Shown one piece after another: positions 40,122-49,820 of a stretch of DNA of 64,000 nucleotides. The stretch is from an uncultured Acidobacteriota bacterium. GTDB lineage: Bacteria > Acidobacteriota > UBA6911. The position numbers and the translations under genes were made by a program. The stretch's first letter is position 1. Each line of letters starts with the position of its first letter. The notes beneath the pieces were generated by a model. The model made no database searches, was not told the origin of the DNA, and saw only the letters and a list, made by a program, of their open reading frames with translations. Location: assembly GCA_963843575.1 (NCBI GenBank), contig CAWJKZ010000013.1:192001-256000 (forward strand), written 5' to 3'.

Positions 40122-41021
40122 TCAGCGGGAAGTCGACGCCCTGATCCTCTCCCGGAACTCGGACGACTTGCTGCGGACTTCGCGGATGGACTCGAGCAGG
40201 CTGGGCTCCCTCAAGTCGGCCAATCCGACCGTGTGGAGCTGAGGATTGAGAAAACGCACGATGCGCCGGCCAGTGTTTTGCACGAGCCTGGCCAGCTGCA
40301 AAGCCGTGTCCATAACCGGCGGACCGGCGCCGCGCGGCTCGGCCGCCGCGCTCCCCGCCCGGCTCTTCCCGGGCGCCTTTGGCAGCGCCTGCAGCATGTT
40401 CTCGCCGAGCCGCCGCGCGTACTTGTCCAGTTCCTGGGCATGCTGCGCCGCCGCGGCGGCCGCGCGCGCCTTGAGTTCTGGGCTGATGCCCGGATCCAGG
40501 CCCGCATACGCCAGCGCGGGCAAGTCCGCCCCATAGCGCCCCATCCTTTTCTCGTATTCAAGCGTCTGCTCGGCAAACAGCAGGATGCGCAGCTTCAGGA
40601 AGTACTCGGGATCGCTCTCCCTCCCCACGGGAGCGGGCATTACGGTGTCCTGGGAGCTCTGCATGTGGCCCCGCAACTCCGAGTTGTTCCAGAGGCTGGG
40701 CGGCGGATCCCGGTCGCTCGCGGTCTTCCTGCCCTCCGGAAGCCGCGTCGGGTACACATCGACCTGAAAGGCGGGACGCAGCGGATCGAGCAGGGTCGTG
40801 AGCTTTTCAAACGCCTTTTCGTCCTCGACGACACACCACACCTCGAGACCCTTCTCGTGGAAGACAAACTTGGCGTCCAGATCCTGGCACAATTCCGTCT
40901 CGTGGAACCGGAGCCAGACGCCGACGATCTCCACCGGCACACCCCTCGGGGTGTTCGGAGGAACCGCCGTCGCCGCGGGCCATAGGATGGGGAGGAGCGA
41001 GAAGAGCAATATCCAGGGCAT
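40122..41021 (-). CDS. Exported hypothetical protein
   Basis: Signal peptide MPWILLFSLLPILWPAATA; long protein-like ORF between recognised genes. Confidence 0.65.
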   Translation of the reverse strand: MPWILLFSLLPILWPAATAVPPNTPRGVPVEIVGVWLRFHETELCQDLDAKFVFHEKGLEVWCVVEDEKAFEKLTTLLDPLRPAFQVDVYPTRLPEGRKTASDRDPPPSLWNNSELRGHMQSSQDTVMPAPVGRESDPEYFLKLRILLFAEQTLEYEKRMGRYGADLPALAYAGLDPGISPELKARAAAAAAQHAQELDKYARRLGENMLQALPKAPGKSRAGSAAAEPRGAGPPVMDTALQLARLVQNTGRRIVRFLNPQLHTVGLADLREPSLLESIREVRSKSSEFRERIRASTSR

Positions 41022-41148
41022 ATTCACCCTCGGCGTAATCGTACGTCTTCGGGCCGAAGAAATCCACCGCCCTGGGGTGGGCGGCGCGCCCACTTACTTT
41101 GATATTTCTCCCGTCCTTGTGGTAGAACCGCCGGTGCGAGATCATGCC

Positions 41149-42915
41149 ATGGAGATGCTAAACGAAGGCTCGGCCGCACCTGTCCGCATCAGGCTGGCCA
41201 TGCCCCAGCCCTGGACGCATTATTTCGAAGTCACCCTGGTGATTCCTGATGCCGGCGAGCAGCCCGTCGATCTGGCGATGCCGGTCTGGACTCCCGGCTC
41301 CTACCTTGTCCGCGAGTTCGCCCGCAATGTCCAGGAGTTCGCAGCCTTCGACGATGCCGGGGCGACGCTCCGGTGGGAAAAGATCAGTAAGAACATCTGG
41401 CGGGTTTATCCGGGCAGGCCCGGCAGCGTAACGGCGAAATACAGGGTTTACGCGTTCGAGACGTCGGTCCGGACCAGCTGCCTTGACGACACGCACGGGT
41501 TCGTCAACGGCGCGAGCGTCTTTATGTACGCCGGCGGGCGTCTGGGCTCTCCATGCCTCCTGCACGTCGACGCTCCACCCGGGTGGGACCGCATCTCGAC
41601 CGGGTTGGCGCGGGCGGGCGACGAAACAGGGGCGTTCTACGCACCCGATTTCGACACGCTCCTCGACTGCCCGATCGAGATCGGCCGGCAGCGCGAGTAC
41701 GGCTTTTTTGTCGAGGGCGTGCCTCACCTCGTCTCGCTCTACGGCGAAGGCAACGTCGACCCGGAACGGCTCTGCTCCGACCTGCAGAAGATCGTGGCGG
41801 AAGCCGCCGCCGTCACCGGCGAGATACCCTACCGGGAGTACCTGTTCCTCATCTCCCTGCTGGAGGGCAGCGGCAGCGGCCTGGAACACACGAACTCGAC
41901 CGCGCTGCATGTGAACCGATGGACGTTTCGGCCCGACGCCAGCTACAAGAAGTTTCTGAACCTCGCCGCCCACGAGTTGTTCCACGCCTGGAACATCAAG
42001 AGAATCCGGCCCGACACCCTGGGCCCCTTCGACTATGGCGGCGAGAACTACACGCGCCTGCTTTGGTTTTCCGAGGGTCTGACGGAGTACTACGCCGATC
42101 AGCTGATGCGCCGCGCCGGGCTGGTGACTCCTCAAGAGTATCTCGAGGAACTCTCCAGGGCGATCAAATCGGTCCAGGATACTCCCGGACGCCTGGTCGA
42201 ATCCGTAGCCGACGCGAGCTTCGACGCGTGGATCAAGTTCTATCGCCAGGATCCGCATTCGCAGAACGCCACCGTTTCCTATTACACCAAGGGGGCGCTG
42301 ATCGGGATGGTGTTGGACCTCGAAATCCGACACCGCCAGGCGGGTTCGAGCCTGGACGACGTGATGAGATTCCTCTACGACCGGTATTACAGGAAGTTAA
42401 ACCGCGGATTTGCCGCCGAGGAACTTCGTCACGCGTTCGAACAGGCAGCCGGCGGATCCCTGGCGGAGATCTTCGAGGAGTATGTCTACGGGACCCGCGA
42501 ACTGGATTACGAACGTTACCTGGGGTATGCCGGGCTGAGGTTCGACTCTCCCCCGGCGCCGGAAAGCGGAGGCGCACAAGGTTACCTGGGTATTGCCGCC
42601 CAGATTGCCGACGCGAGGCTCATGGTAGTCGGCGTGCCGGCCGGCTCCCCCGCATACGAGTGCGGTCTCAGCGTGAACGACGAGATCCTGGCGGTCGACG
42701 GGTTCCGGGTCTCGCTCGAAACGCTGCCGGCTCGGATCGAAGAGGCCGGGCCCGGGACGGCCGTGGAGCTGCTCGTGTGCCGCGGCGGGATCGTGCGGTG
42801 CATCAGGGTGATAACCGGGGCGAAGCCGTTACAGGAGTATAAGATAACTCGGTTGAGCCAACCCGACGACGCTCAGAAGGAACTCTACGCGCGCTGGCTG
42901 CGCGCGCCGTTTTAG
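41149..42915 (+). CDS. M61 family glycyl aminopeptidase with a PDZ domain
   Basis: MPVWTPGSYLVREF, GLEH, AHELFHAWN, LWFSEG, YYTKG; C-terminal PDZ. Confidence 0.93.
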   Translation: MEMLNEGSAAPVRIRLAMPQPWTHYFEVTLVIPDAGEQPVDLAMPVWTPGSYLVREFARNVQEFAAFDDAGATLRWEKISKNIWRVYPGRPGSVTAKYRVYAFETSVRTSCLDDTHGFVNGASVFMYAGGRLGSPCLLHVDAPPGWDRISTGLARAGDETGAFYAPDFDTLLDCPIEIGRQREYGFFVEGVPHLVSLYGEGNVDPERLCSDLQKIVAEAAAVTGEIPYREYLFLISLLEGSGSGLEHTNSTALHVNRWTFRPDASYKKFLNLAAHELFHAWNIKRIRPDTLGPFDYGGENYTRLLWFSEGLTEYYADQLMRRAGLVTPQEYLEELSRAIKSVQDTPGRLVESVADASFDAWIKFYRQDPHSQNATVSYYTKGALIGMVLDLEIRHRQAGSSLDDVMRFLYDRYYRKLNRGFAAEELRHAFEQAAGGSLAEIFEEYVYGTRELDYERYLGYAGLRFDSPPAPESGGAQGYLGIAAQIADARLMVVGVPAGSPAYECGLSVNDEILAVDGFRVSLETLPARIEEAGPGTAVELLVCRGGIVRCIRVITGAKPLQEYKITRLSQPDDAQKELYARWLRAPF

Positions 42916-42989
42916 GACGGGACGGGCGAAAGCCCTGGGGCAGCGATCGCCACCGCTGAAAACGGGGAGGGGCGGCGGCACGCGAACCG

Positions 42990-43019
42990 AAATAAAACGG
43001 GCGCTCCCGCGGAGCGCCC
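42990..43019 (-). terminator. Intrinsic terminator (possibly bidirectional)
   Basis: GGGCGCTCC-N3-GGAGCGCCC followed by GTTTTATTT on the - strand and only TTT on the + strand. Confidence 0.7.
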
Positions 43020-43188
43020 TTTCGGCGGAATGTCGCATCTCTCCCAGTAACAAATGCGGCATCCCCGCATAAGTAGCACGAGACCCGGCTGGAGCCTGCC
43101 GGATCTCCTGTCGCCTCTGCTGTATGAATAGATAAATTGAGGCCGGTGGGCCCTCTCGGTCCAGAGGCACACACATCAGGCGACAGCA
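42990..43188 (-). ncRNA. Putative structured sRNA divergent from the LysR gene
   Basis: Consecutive stems 43186-43178/43116-43108, 43107-43098/43089-43080 and 43070-43065/43059-43054, then a terminator; no credible ORF. Confidence 0.5.
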
Positions 43189-43190
43189 TT

Positions 43191-43211
43191 TATAGATTCG
43201 ACAAAACTATA
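43191..43211. promoter_or_regulatory. Dyad TATAG-N11-CTATA, candidate LysR operator
   Basis: Inverted repeat in an AT-rich island upstream of the LysR gene, overlapping a TATAAA on the - strand. Confidence 0.45.
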
Positions 43212-43344
43212 GGCTTCGGTGCAAAATAAGTGAAATGAATTCGTTTGATCGAACGGATCAGGGACCCTTATGCTGGGGGCCCGCCGGGAAGGCTCCGGCG
43301 GCAGGACGGACGGCGCGGGGGTTCGTTTCGACATGCGGGGCAAT

Positions 43345-44265
43345 ATGCAGATAGAGACACTTAAGGTGTTCTGCGACCTGGTGGAGAGCCGGAGTTTCTC
43401 GCAAGCCGCGGTACGCAACTACGTCACGCAGTCTGCCGTGAGCCAGCAGATTAAGGCGCTGGAGGGCCGGTTCGAGACCCCCCTGCTGGTTCGCGACGGG
43501 CGCTCCGTTTCACCCACCGAAGCCGGGCGCATACTGCACGAAGCCGCACGGGAGATCCTCGACCGGTTCAATTCGGCCAAGCTGGAAATGAAGTCCGTCG
43601 GCCAGGAGATGGCGGGGACCGTCAGGGTGGCCACCATCTACAGCGTCGGGCTTTATGAGTTGTCCCGGGTTGTGAAGGCGTTCCTGAAGACCTATCCGAA
43701 GGTGAACCTGCACGTCGAGTACAGCCGGGCCAACCGGGTGTACGAGGATTGCATCCGCGGGGCGGTCGACCTTGGGATCGTCCCCTACCCGAAGCCGCGC
43801 AAGGGGATCGAGGTCGTCCCCCTGCCCGCGGACAGGTTGATTCTGATCTGCTCCCCCGGACACCCGTTTGCGCGCCAACGCCACGTGAACATTCAGAAGC
43901 TGGACGGCCAGGATTTCGTCGCCTTCGAAAAGGACATCCCGAGCCGCCACGCGATCGATCAGATCCTGCAGGATAACGGCGTACACGTGCACGCGGTCAT
44001 GGAATTCGACAACATCGAAACGATCAAGCGCAGCGTCGAAATCGGCGCGGGCATCTCCATTGTGCCCCAGCTCAGTGTCCAGCGCGAAGTCCAGGCCGGG
44101 TCCCTCGTGCAGGTGAACTTCAGCCGGCAGCACTTCCTGCGGCCTCTGGGCGCCATCCTGAAACACCGGAAGTCCCTGACGCCACCCGTCGAAAAATTCA
44201 TCCAACTGCTCAAGAATCCGAACCAGGAGGCCGGCCGACAGGCAGCCGCCTGCCGAGCTGCGTGA
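43345..44265 (+). CDS. LysR family transcriptional regulator (CysL/CbbR-like)
   Basis: SFSQAA...TQSAVSQQIKALE HTH; NIETIKRSVEIGAGISIVP. Confidence 0.95.
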   Translation: MQIETLKVFCDLVESRSFSQAAVRNYVTQSAVSQQIKALEGRFETPLLVRDGRSVSPTEAGRILHEAAREILDRFNSAKLEMKSVGQEMAGTVRVATIYSVGLYELSRVVKAFLKTYPKVNLHVEYSRANRVYEDCIRGAVDLGIVPYPKPRKGIEVVPLPADRLILICSPGHPFARQRHVNIQKLDGQDFVAFEKDIPSRHAIDQILQDNGVHVHAVMEFDNIETIKRSVEIGAGISIVPQLSVQREVQAGSLVQVNFSRQHFLRPLGAILKHRKSLTPPVEKFIQLLKNPNQEAGRQAAACRAA

Positions 44266-44289
44266 ACCCTGAAGGCCCCTCGAGCGTCT
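44263..44289 (+). promoter_or_regulatory. ECF-sigma-type promoter
   Basis: TGAAC-N17-CGTCT just upstream of GGAGG and the ATG at 44310. Confidence 0.5.
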
Positions 44290-44309
44290 CTAGGTCAGGG
44301 GAGGAAACC

Positions 44310-44702
44310 ATGAAACGGACTTCCGCATTGGGTCTGATTTTGGCGGCGACACTCGGCTGCGCCATTCCGGCTCATGCCGGCGCCTCTCGTTTTTCGTTCG
44401 GGTTCACCGTCGGCCGCGGCGGATCATATTACCACCACCCCTACACTCCGTTCCGGCCATACTATGCGTTTCGCCCCTACTCGTCGGCTTACTTCGGATA
44501 CGGCTCCTATCGCTCGCCTTATCCGTTGGGCTACAGTTCCTATTACTACCGGCCTTACTACCTGGTGCCGCCCGGCAGGTACCTGGCGCCGGCCCGGGTA
44601 TACCGCCCCTATAGAACCCACCGGTTCTATACCGTCCCGGGCCCTGCGCGCGATCGGGGTTACGTCGATTACGCACCCCGGCGATATCGAAGGTCGTGGT
44701 GA
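44310..44702 (+). CDS. Secreted Tyr/Arg/Pro-rich low-complexity protein
   Basis: GGAGG RBS, signal peptide ending AHA, then YY/RPY-rich sequence. Confidence 0.75.
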   Translation: MKRTSALGLILAATLGCAIPAHAGASRFSFGFTVGRGGSYYHHPYTPFRPYYAFRPYSSAYFGYGSYRSPYPLGYSSYYYRPYYLVPPGRYLAPARVYRPYRTHRFYTVPGPARDRGYVDYAPRRYRRSW

Positions 44703-44741
44703 TCCGGCTGCGGCGGCATGCGGATTTGCGCGCCATTTCAC

Positions 44742-44769
44742 TTGACAATCCCGATGGTGACGATAAGAT
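44742..44769 (+). promoter_or_regulatory. sigma70 promoter of the DAHP synthase leader
   Basis: TTGACA-N16-TAAGAT. Confidence 0.55.
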
Positions 44770-44794
44770 ACGCCGCGGTGTCGGTGAAGGGCTT

Positions 44795-44905
44795 ATGCGA
44801 AAGTTCGGCTCTCAAAATCGTGATCATGTTCAGGCCGTGAGCCGGCACCTCTCCGTCTTTTTTGGTTTCTTTTATAAGAGCCCATCAGGAGCCGGCGTGG
44901 GCTAG
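44795..44905 (+). CDS. Phe/Tyr-rich attenuator leader peptide ([36 protein letters not shown])
   Basis: FFGFFY cluster followed by alternative 1:2, 2:3 and 3:4 stems upstream of DAHP synthase. Confidence 0.75.
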   Translation: MRKFGSQNRDHVQAVSRHLSVFFGFFYKSPSGAGVG

Positions 44906-44927
44906 TCCTATTCACATCGCAACAGCG

Positions 44928-44972
44928 AAAGGGGCCCACAGCCGGAAACGGTTGTGGGCTTTTTTCTTTTTT
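44928..44972 (+). terminator. Attenuator terminator
   Basis: GCCCACAGCCG-GAAA-CGGTTGTGGGC followed by TTTTTTCTTTTTT, directly before the RBS of aroF. Confidence 0.85.
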
Positions 44973-44985
44973 GGGGAGGAACCCG

Positions 44986-46002
44986 ATGATTATCTCGATG
45001 AAACCCGGGGCGTCGAAGGCGGAGATCGAACACGTCTGCGACAAGATCAAGGCGTATGGCTACGTCGCCCACCCGATTTTCGGTGAGACCCGCACCGTGA
45101 TCGGGGCGGTGGGGAGCGGTAACAACCGCAGCGCGCTGCAGGCTCTCGAAGGGGCGCCGGGGGTCGAGAGCGTGGTCTCGATCCGTCAGCCTTTCAAGCT
45201 CGTGGGGCGCGAACTCAAACCGGACCGAACCAGGATTCGGGTGGGTGACGTCGAGTTCGGCGGCAGCCAGTTTGTCGTAATCGCCGGACCTTGTTCGGTC
45301 GAGAGCCGGCAGCAGCTTTTCGACACCGCGGCCGCCGTGCGCGAGTCGGGTGCGACGGTCCTGCGCGGCGGCGCCTACAAGCCGCGGACGTCCCCATACG
45401 ATTTTCAGGGGCTCGAGGAGGAAGGCCTGAAGCTGCTGGCGGAGGCGAGGGCGAAAACGGGCCTGAAAATCTGCACCGAAGTGATCACGACCGAGCAGGT
45501 CGAGCTCGTCGCCGCGTACGCGGACATCCTGCAGATCGGCGCGCGTAACATGCAGAATTTTGCGCTGCTTAAACGGGTTGGGAAGCTCGACAAACCCATC
45601 CTGCTCAAGCGGGGCCTCTCGGCGACGATAAAGGAATTTCTGATGTCCGCTGAGTACATTGCATCCCAGGGGAACTCCGACGTGATTCTCTGCGAACGTG
45701 GCATCCGGACGTTTGAAACGATGACGCGCAACACGCTGGACATCTCGGCGGTGCCGCTCATCAACGAGCTGAGCCACCTGCCCGTGATCGTCGATCCGAG
45801 TCACGCCACGGGTAAGCGCTCCCTGGTCGGCCCGATGGCGCGAAGTTCGGTGGCCGCAGGGGCGGACGGACTGCTGGTCGAGGTGCACCCTAACCCGGAA
45901 GAGGCCTGGTCCGACGGCGCGCAATCCCTCACGTTCGGGGAATTCGCCGGGATGATGGACGGGGTGAAGAAGTACCTCGCGGTCGAGCAGAAACACCTGT
46001 GA
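44986..46002 (+). CDS. aroF: 3-deoxy-7-phosphoheptulonate (DAHP) synthase, type I-beta with an N-terminal ACT-like domain
   Basis: [46 protein letters not shown]. Confidence 0.95.
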   Translation: MIISMKPGASKAEIEHVCDKIKAYGYVAHPIFGETRTVIGAVGSGNNRSALQALEGAPGVESVVSIRQPFKLVGRELKPDRTRIRVGDVEFGGSQFVVIAGPCSVESRQQLFDTAAAVRESGATVLRGGAYKPRTSPYDFQGLEEEGLKLLAEARAKTGLKICTEVITTEQVELVAAYADILQIGARNMQNFALLKRVGKLDKPILLKRGLSATIKEFLMSAEYIASQGNSDVILCERGIRTFETMTRNTLDISAVPLINELSHLPVIVDPSHATGKRSLVGPMARSSVAAGADGLLVEVHPNPEEAWSDGAQSLTFGEFAGMMDGVKKYLAVEQKHL

Positions 46003-46141
46003 AAGAACGGCCAAACGCGTTCGGTTGAACAGATCAGGCTTCGACGCCACGCCGAGTTGCGGGGCGCGACCATGCAGCCTCGACCCGCGGTGGCGCCGAA
46101 GCGCCACCACCAAAGCGGCGTCGAGCCGCCGCACTCCAGGG

Positions 46142-47839
46142 TTAGAGCCCGGACGTCTTCGCGCCCAGGGCGGCGACGAGGCCGTTGAGATCGACCACTT
46201 CCGTCTTCCGGCCCGCCCGTTCGACCAACTCCGCCTTCCCCTGCTTGAGCTTTTCCGGGCCGATCACGATCCGATAGGGGATCCCGACCAGGTCGGCGTC
46301 CTTGAACTTGACCCCCGGGCGCTCGGTCCGGTCGTCGAGCAGCGTGTCGTAGCCGGCGCGCTCGAGGTCCGCGTAGAGCCGGTCCGCGGCCTCCTTCATC
46401 TCTCCCTTGTAGCCGATTGGCGTGACGACCACGGAAAACGGCGCGATGGACAACGGCCAGACGATCCCGTCGTCATCGTGATAGAGCTCGACCGCCGCGG
46501 CCATAATCCTCTCCAGGCCGATGCCGTAGCTGCCCATGACGACCGGAGTCGGTGCGCCGTCGGCGGTGAGCACCGTCGCCCCCATGGTCTGGGAGTACCT
46601 GGTCCCCAGCTTGAAGATGTGGCCCACCTCCGCCGCTTGGTACACGCGCAACGGCGCGCCACAGAGGACGCACGCCTCGCCGGCTTCGACCATGCGGAGG
46701 TCGACCCAGCGGGGGGCGAAGTGAACCCCGGGCGTCACTCCCCGAAGGTGGTAGTCGGTTCGGTTTGCCCCGCAGGTGAGGTTCTGCCGTCCCTGCAAAG
46801 CCAGGTCCGCATAGACCTCGACGCCGGCGACCCCCACCGGGCCGAGACTCCCCGCGTCCGCGCCCAAGGCGGCCCGGATTTCCTCCGGCTGTGCGGGGCG
46901 CGCCTGCGCCGTTTGGAGCACGGCCAGGGCCTTGGCCTCGTTGAGCTGATGGTCTCCCCGGACGAGGAAGAGGACGGGCTTTTGGCCCGCGACGTACACG
47001 AGGGACTTCATCTGCTGCTCGGGCGGCACGCTCAGGAAGGAAGAGATGTCCGCGATGGTTTTCTTGCCGGGAGTGTGGACCTCGAACGGTTCGGTCGCTC
47101 CCGGTGAGTCGACGACGTCGCGCAGCCGGGACAGCGCGCGCTCCAGGTTGGCCGAGTAGCCGCACGCGCACTCGACGACGGAGTCTTCGCCCGCCTCCAT
47201 CTCGACCATGAACTCCTGCGAGTGGCTGCCGCCCATCGCGCCGGAGCTTGCCTCGACCGCGACGAATCTCAGGCCGCAGCGCTCGTAGATGCGCACGTAG
47301 GCGTCGTAGTGCGCCTGGTAGCTGCGGTCCAGCCCGGCACGGTCGAGGTCGAAGGAATACGAATCCTTCATCGTGAACTGGCGCAGGCGCAGCAAGCCGG
47401 ATTTCGGTCGCGCCTCGTCGCGGAACTTGGTCTGGATCTGGTACCAGATCTGGGGCAGGTCCTTGTACGACCGGATTTCCCTTCGGGCGATTTCCGTGAA
47501 GACCTCCTCGTGTGTCATCCCTAGGCACATGTCCCGGCCGGACCGGTCCCTGAGCCGGAACAGGTTGTCGCCCATGTCCGTCCAGCGGCCCGTTTCCTGC
47601 CACAGGTCGGCGGGATGCAGGGCCGGCAGGAGGAACTCCTGGGCGCCGGCGGCATCCATCTCTTCGCGCACGATCCCGGTTATCTTCAGCATCGTCCGCT
47701 GAGCCAGCGGCAGGTAGGAGTACACTCCGGCGGCGAGTGGCCGGATGAACCCGCCGCGCACCAGCAGCCGGTGCGACGCAAATTCCGCGTCGGCGGGGCT
47801 GTCGCGCAGTGTCGGGATGAAAGTGCGGGACCAGCGCAT
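46142..47839 (-). CDS. proS: Proline--tRNA ligase (bacterial type with INS editing domain)
   Basis: [53 protein letters not shown]. Confidence 0.97.
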   Translation of the reverse strand: MRWSRTFIPTLRDSPADAEFASHRLLVRGGFIRPLAAGVYSYLPLAQRTMLKITGIVREEMDAAGAQEFLLPALHPADLWQETGRWTDMGDNLFRLRDRSGRDMCLGMTHEEVFTEIARREIRSYKDLPQIWYQIQTKFRDEARPKSGLLRLRQFTMKDSYSFDLDRAGLDRSYQAHYDAYVRIYERCGLRFVAVEASSGAMGGSHSQEFMVEMEAGEDSVVECACGYSANLERALSRLRDVVDSPGATEPFEVHTPGKKTIADISSFLSVPPEQQMKSLVYVAGQKPVLFLVRGDHQLNEAKALAVLQTAQARPAQPEEIRAALGADAGSLGPVGVAGVEVYADLALQGRQNLTCGANRTDYHLRGVTPGVHFAPRWVDLRMVEAGEACVLCGAPLRVYQAAEVGHIFKLGTRYSQTMGATVLTADGAPTPVVMGSYGIGLERIMAAAVELYHDDDGIVWPLSIAPFSVVVTPIGYKGEMKEAADRLYADLERAGYDTLLDDRTERPGVKFKDADLVGIPYRIVIGPEKLKQGKAELVERAGRKTEVVDLNGLVAALGAKTSGL

Positions 47840-48020
47840 GTCGCCCTCCTCGGGTTTGCTCCGTCGTCGGGTGGGAATGGGGACAGAGGACCTCATTCTA
47901 GGCCGGCGCCGACCGCAGTCAAGGCCCAAGATCACGACAATTTGCGCCGACAGCTCAAAGGCTGGAGACGGTAGGATTTGCCTTTTGTTGCCCGTAACCG
48001 GTTGAGGTAGACTGGACCGG

Positions 48021-48500
48021 ATGAGAGTGGCGCTGGGCAGTGACCATGCAGGCTTCACCCTGAAAGAACGCGTCAAGACGTACCTGGCCGCGGCGGGATA
48101 CGAAATCAACGACGTGGGCACGACCACCCTCGACCGGGTCGACTACCCGGATTACGCCGTCAAGGTCGCCGACGAGGTGCGCCGGGGAAAGGCGGAACGC
48201 GGCATCCTGATGTGCGGCACCGGTGTGGGGGTCTGCATCGTCGCGAACAAGTTCGACGGGATCAGGGCCGCTGCGGTCTGGGACCGCGACATCGCGCGGC
48301 TCAGCCGTCAGCACAATGACGCCAACGTGCTTTGCCTCCCCGGCCGACACATGGATCCGGAGTTTGCCTTGGAACTCGTCGGCGTGTGGATGAGCACCGA
48401 TTTCGAAGGGGGGCGGCACAAAGTGCGCGTCGACAAGATCACCGCCATTGAAATGTGCCGGAGCGCGGCCGGACCCGCGTGCGGAGAAGAGGCGCCATGA
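48021..48500 (+). CDS. rpiB: Ribose-5-phosphate isomerase B
   Basis: GSDHAG, DYPD, CGTGVG, HNDANVL, FEGGRH. Confidence 0.96.
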   Translation: MRVALGSDHAGFTLKERVKTYLAAAGYEINDVGTTTLDRVDYPDYAVKVADEVRRGKAERGILMCGTGVGVCIVANKFDGIRAAAVWDRDIARLSRQHNDANVLCLPGRHMDPEFALELVGVWMSTDFEGGRHKVRVDKITAIEMCRSAAGPACGEEAP

Positions 48501-49759
48501 ACGAGCCGCTTGCCCGGGTGGACCCGGAAATCGCCGACGCGATTGCCTGCGAGACCCGCAGGCAGAACGAGGGCCTCGAGCTTATTGCCTCGGAGAACTT
48601 CGTCAGCGAGGCGGTGCTCGAAGCCACCGGTTCGGTGTTTACCAACAAGTACGCCGAAGGGTACCCCGGGAAGCGCTACTACGGCGGATGCGAGTTCGCC
48701 GACCGGGCGGAAACCCTGGCTCGGGAACGAGCGAAAAAACTTTTCGGGGCCGAGCACGCCAACGTTCAGCCCCACTCGGGCACCCAGGCCAACATCGCGG
48801 TCTACATGGCGGTCTGCAAGCCCGGAGACACCATCCTGGGGATGAGCCTGGCTCACGGAGGCCACCTCACCCACGGGCACCCCCTCAATTTTTCCGGCAA
48901 GACGTACCGGGTCCAGTCCTACGGCGTCACCCGAGACGGCGAACGGATCGATTACGACGAACTCGAACGCCTGGCGCGCGAGCACAAGCCCCGGCTGATC
49001 ATCTGCGGCGCAAGCGCTTACCCGCGCACCATCGACTTCGAAAGGATCGGTGAAGTCGCGCGCTCCGTCGGCGCCGTGTCGATGGCGGACATAGCGCACG
49101 TCGCCGGCATGGTCGCCGCCGGCCTGCACCCGAGCCCCTTCCCGCACATGGACTTCGTGACCACCACCACCCACAAGACGCTGCGCGGCCCGCGCGGCGG
49201 GCTGGTGATGTGCCGGCAGGAATTCGCGAAGGAACTGGACCGGTCCCTCTTCCCCGGCACCCAGGGCGGCCCGCTGGTGCATGTCATCGCCGCCAAGGCC
49301 GTCTGCTTCCAGGAAGCGCTGCAGCCTTCATTCGCCGAATACCAGGCCAGGATCCTGGCGAACGCGCGCGCCCTGGCGGAGGCGCTGCTGCGCGAAGGGT
49401 TCCGCCTGATCTCCGGCGGCACCGATAACCACCTGATGCTCGTCGACGTGTTCAGCCGCGGCGTGAGCGGTCGGGACGCGGAACTGGCGCTCGACAAAGC
49501 GCGCATTACCGTCAACAAGAACGCCATCCCATTCGATGTGAACCCGCCCATGGTCGCCAGCGGCATCCGGATCGGCACTCCGGCCGTCACCACGCGTGGC
49601 ATGAAAGAACGCGAGATGGAGCTGATCGGACGGCTCATCGCCAGGGTGCTCAGCTCCCCTGCCGATGCGCTCGTGCACAGGGAAGTCGGCCAGTCGGTCC
49701 TCGACCTCGCTCAGCGGTTCCCGCTCTATCCAGCCAGGCTCGCCGCCTCAGCGATATGA
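48497..49759 (+). CDS. glyA: Serine hydroxymethyltransferase
   Basis: [43 protein letters not shown]. Confidence 0.98.
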   Translation: MNEPLARVDPEIADAIACETRRQNEGLELIASENFVSEAVLEATGSVFTNKYAEGYPGKRYYGGCEFADRAETLARERAKKLFGAEHANVQPHSGTQANIAVYMAVCKPGDTILGMSLAHGGHLTHGHPLNFSGKTYRVQSYGVTRDGERIDYDELERLAREHKPRLIICGASAYPRTIDFERIGEVARSVGAVSMADIAHVAGMVAAGLHPSPFPHMDFVTTTTHKTLRGPRGGLVMCRQEFAKELDRSLFPGTQGGPLVHVIAAKAVCFQEALQPSFAEYQARILANARALAEALLREGFRLISGGTDNHLMLVDVFSRGVSGRDAELALDKARITVNKNAIPFDVNPPMVASGIRIGTPAVTTRGMKEREMELIGRLIARVLSSPADALVHREVGQSVLDLAQRFPLYPARLAASAI

Positions 49760-49820
49760 CGGAAACGCGCCCGGCGGAGAGACTCGGCGTCTCCGGGACC
49801 TGTTTCTTGGTCGACTTGCA

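Noticed and set aside
42990-43188. 6S RNA, tmRNA, hammerhead or riboswitch identity for the LysR-divergent RNA
   Set aside because: Not a single long rod with a central bubble, no tRNA-like ends or tag ORF, no CUGAUGA/GAAA core, and no downstream gene on that strand. Left unassigned.
47840-48020. T-box leader for proS
   Set aside because: The divergent intergenic region is short and lacks the AAGGTGGTACC-type T-box and a terminator.
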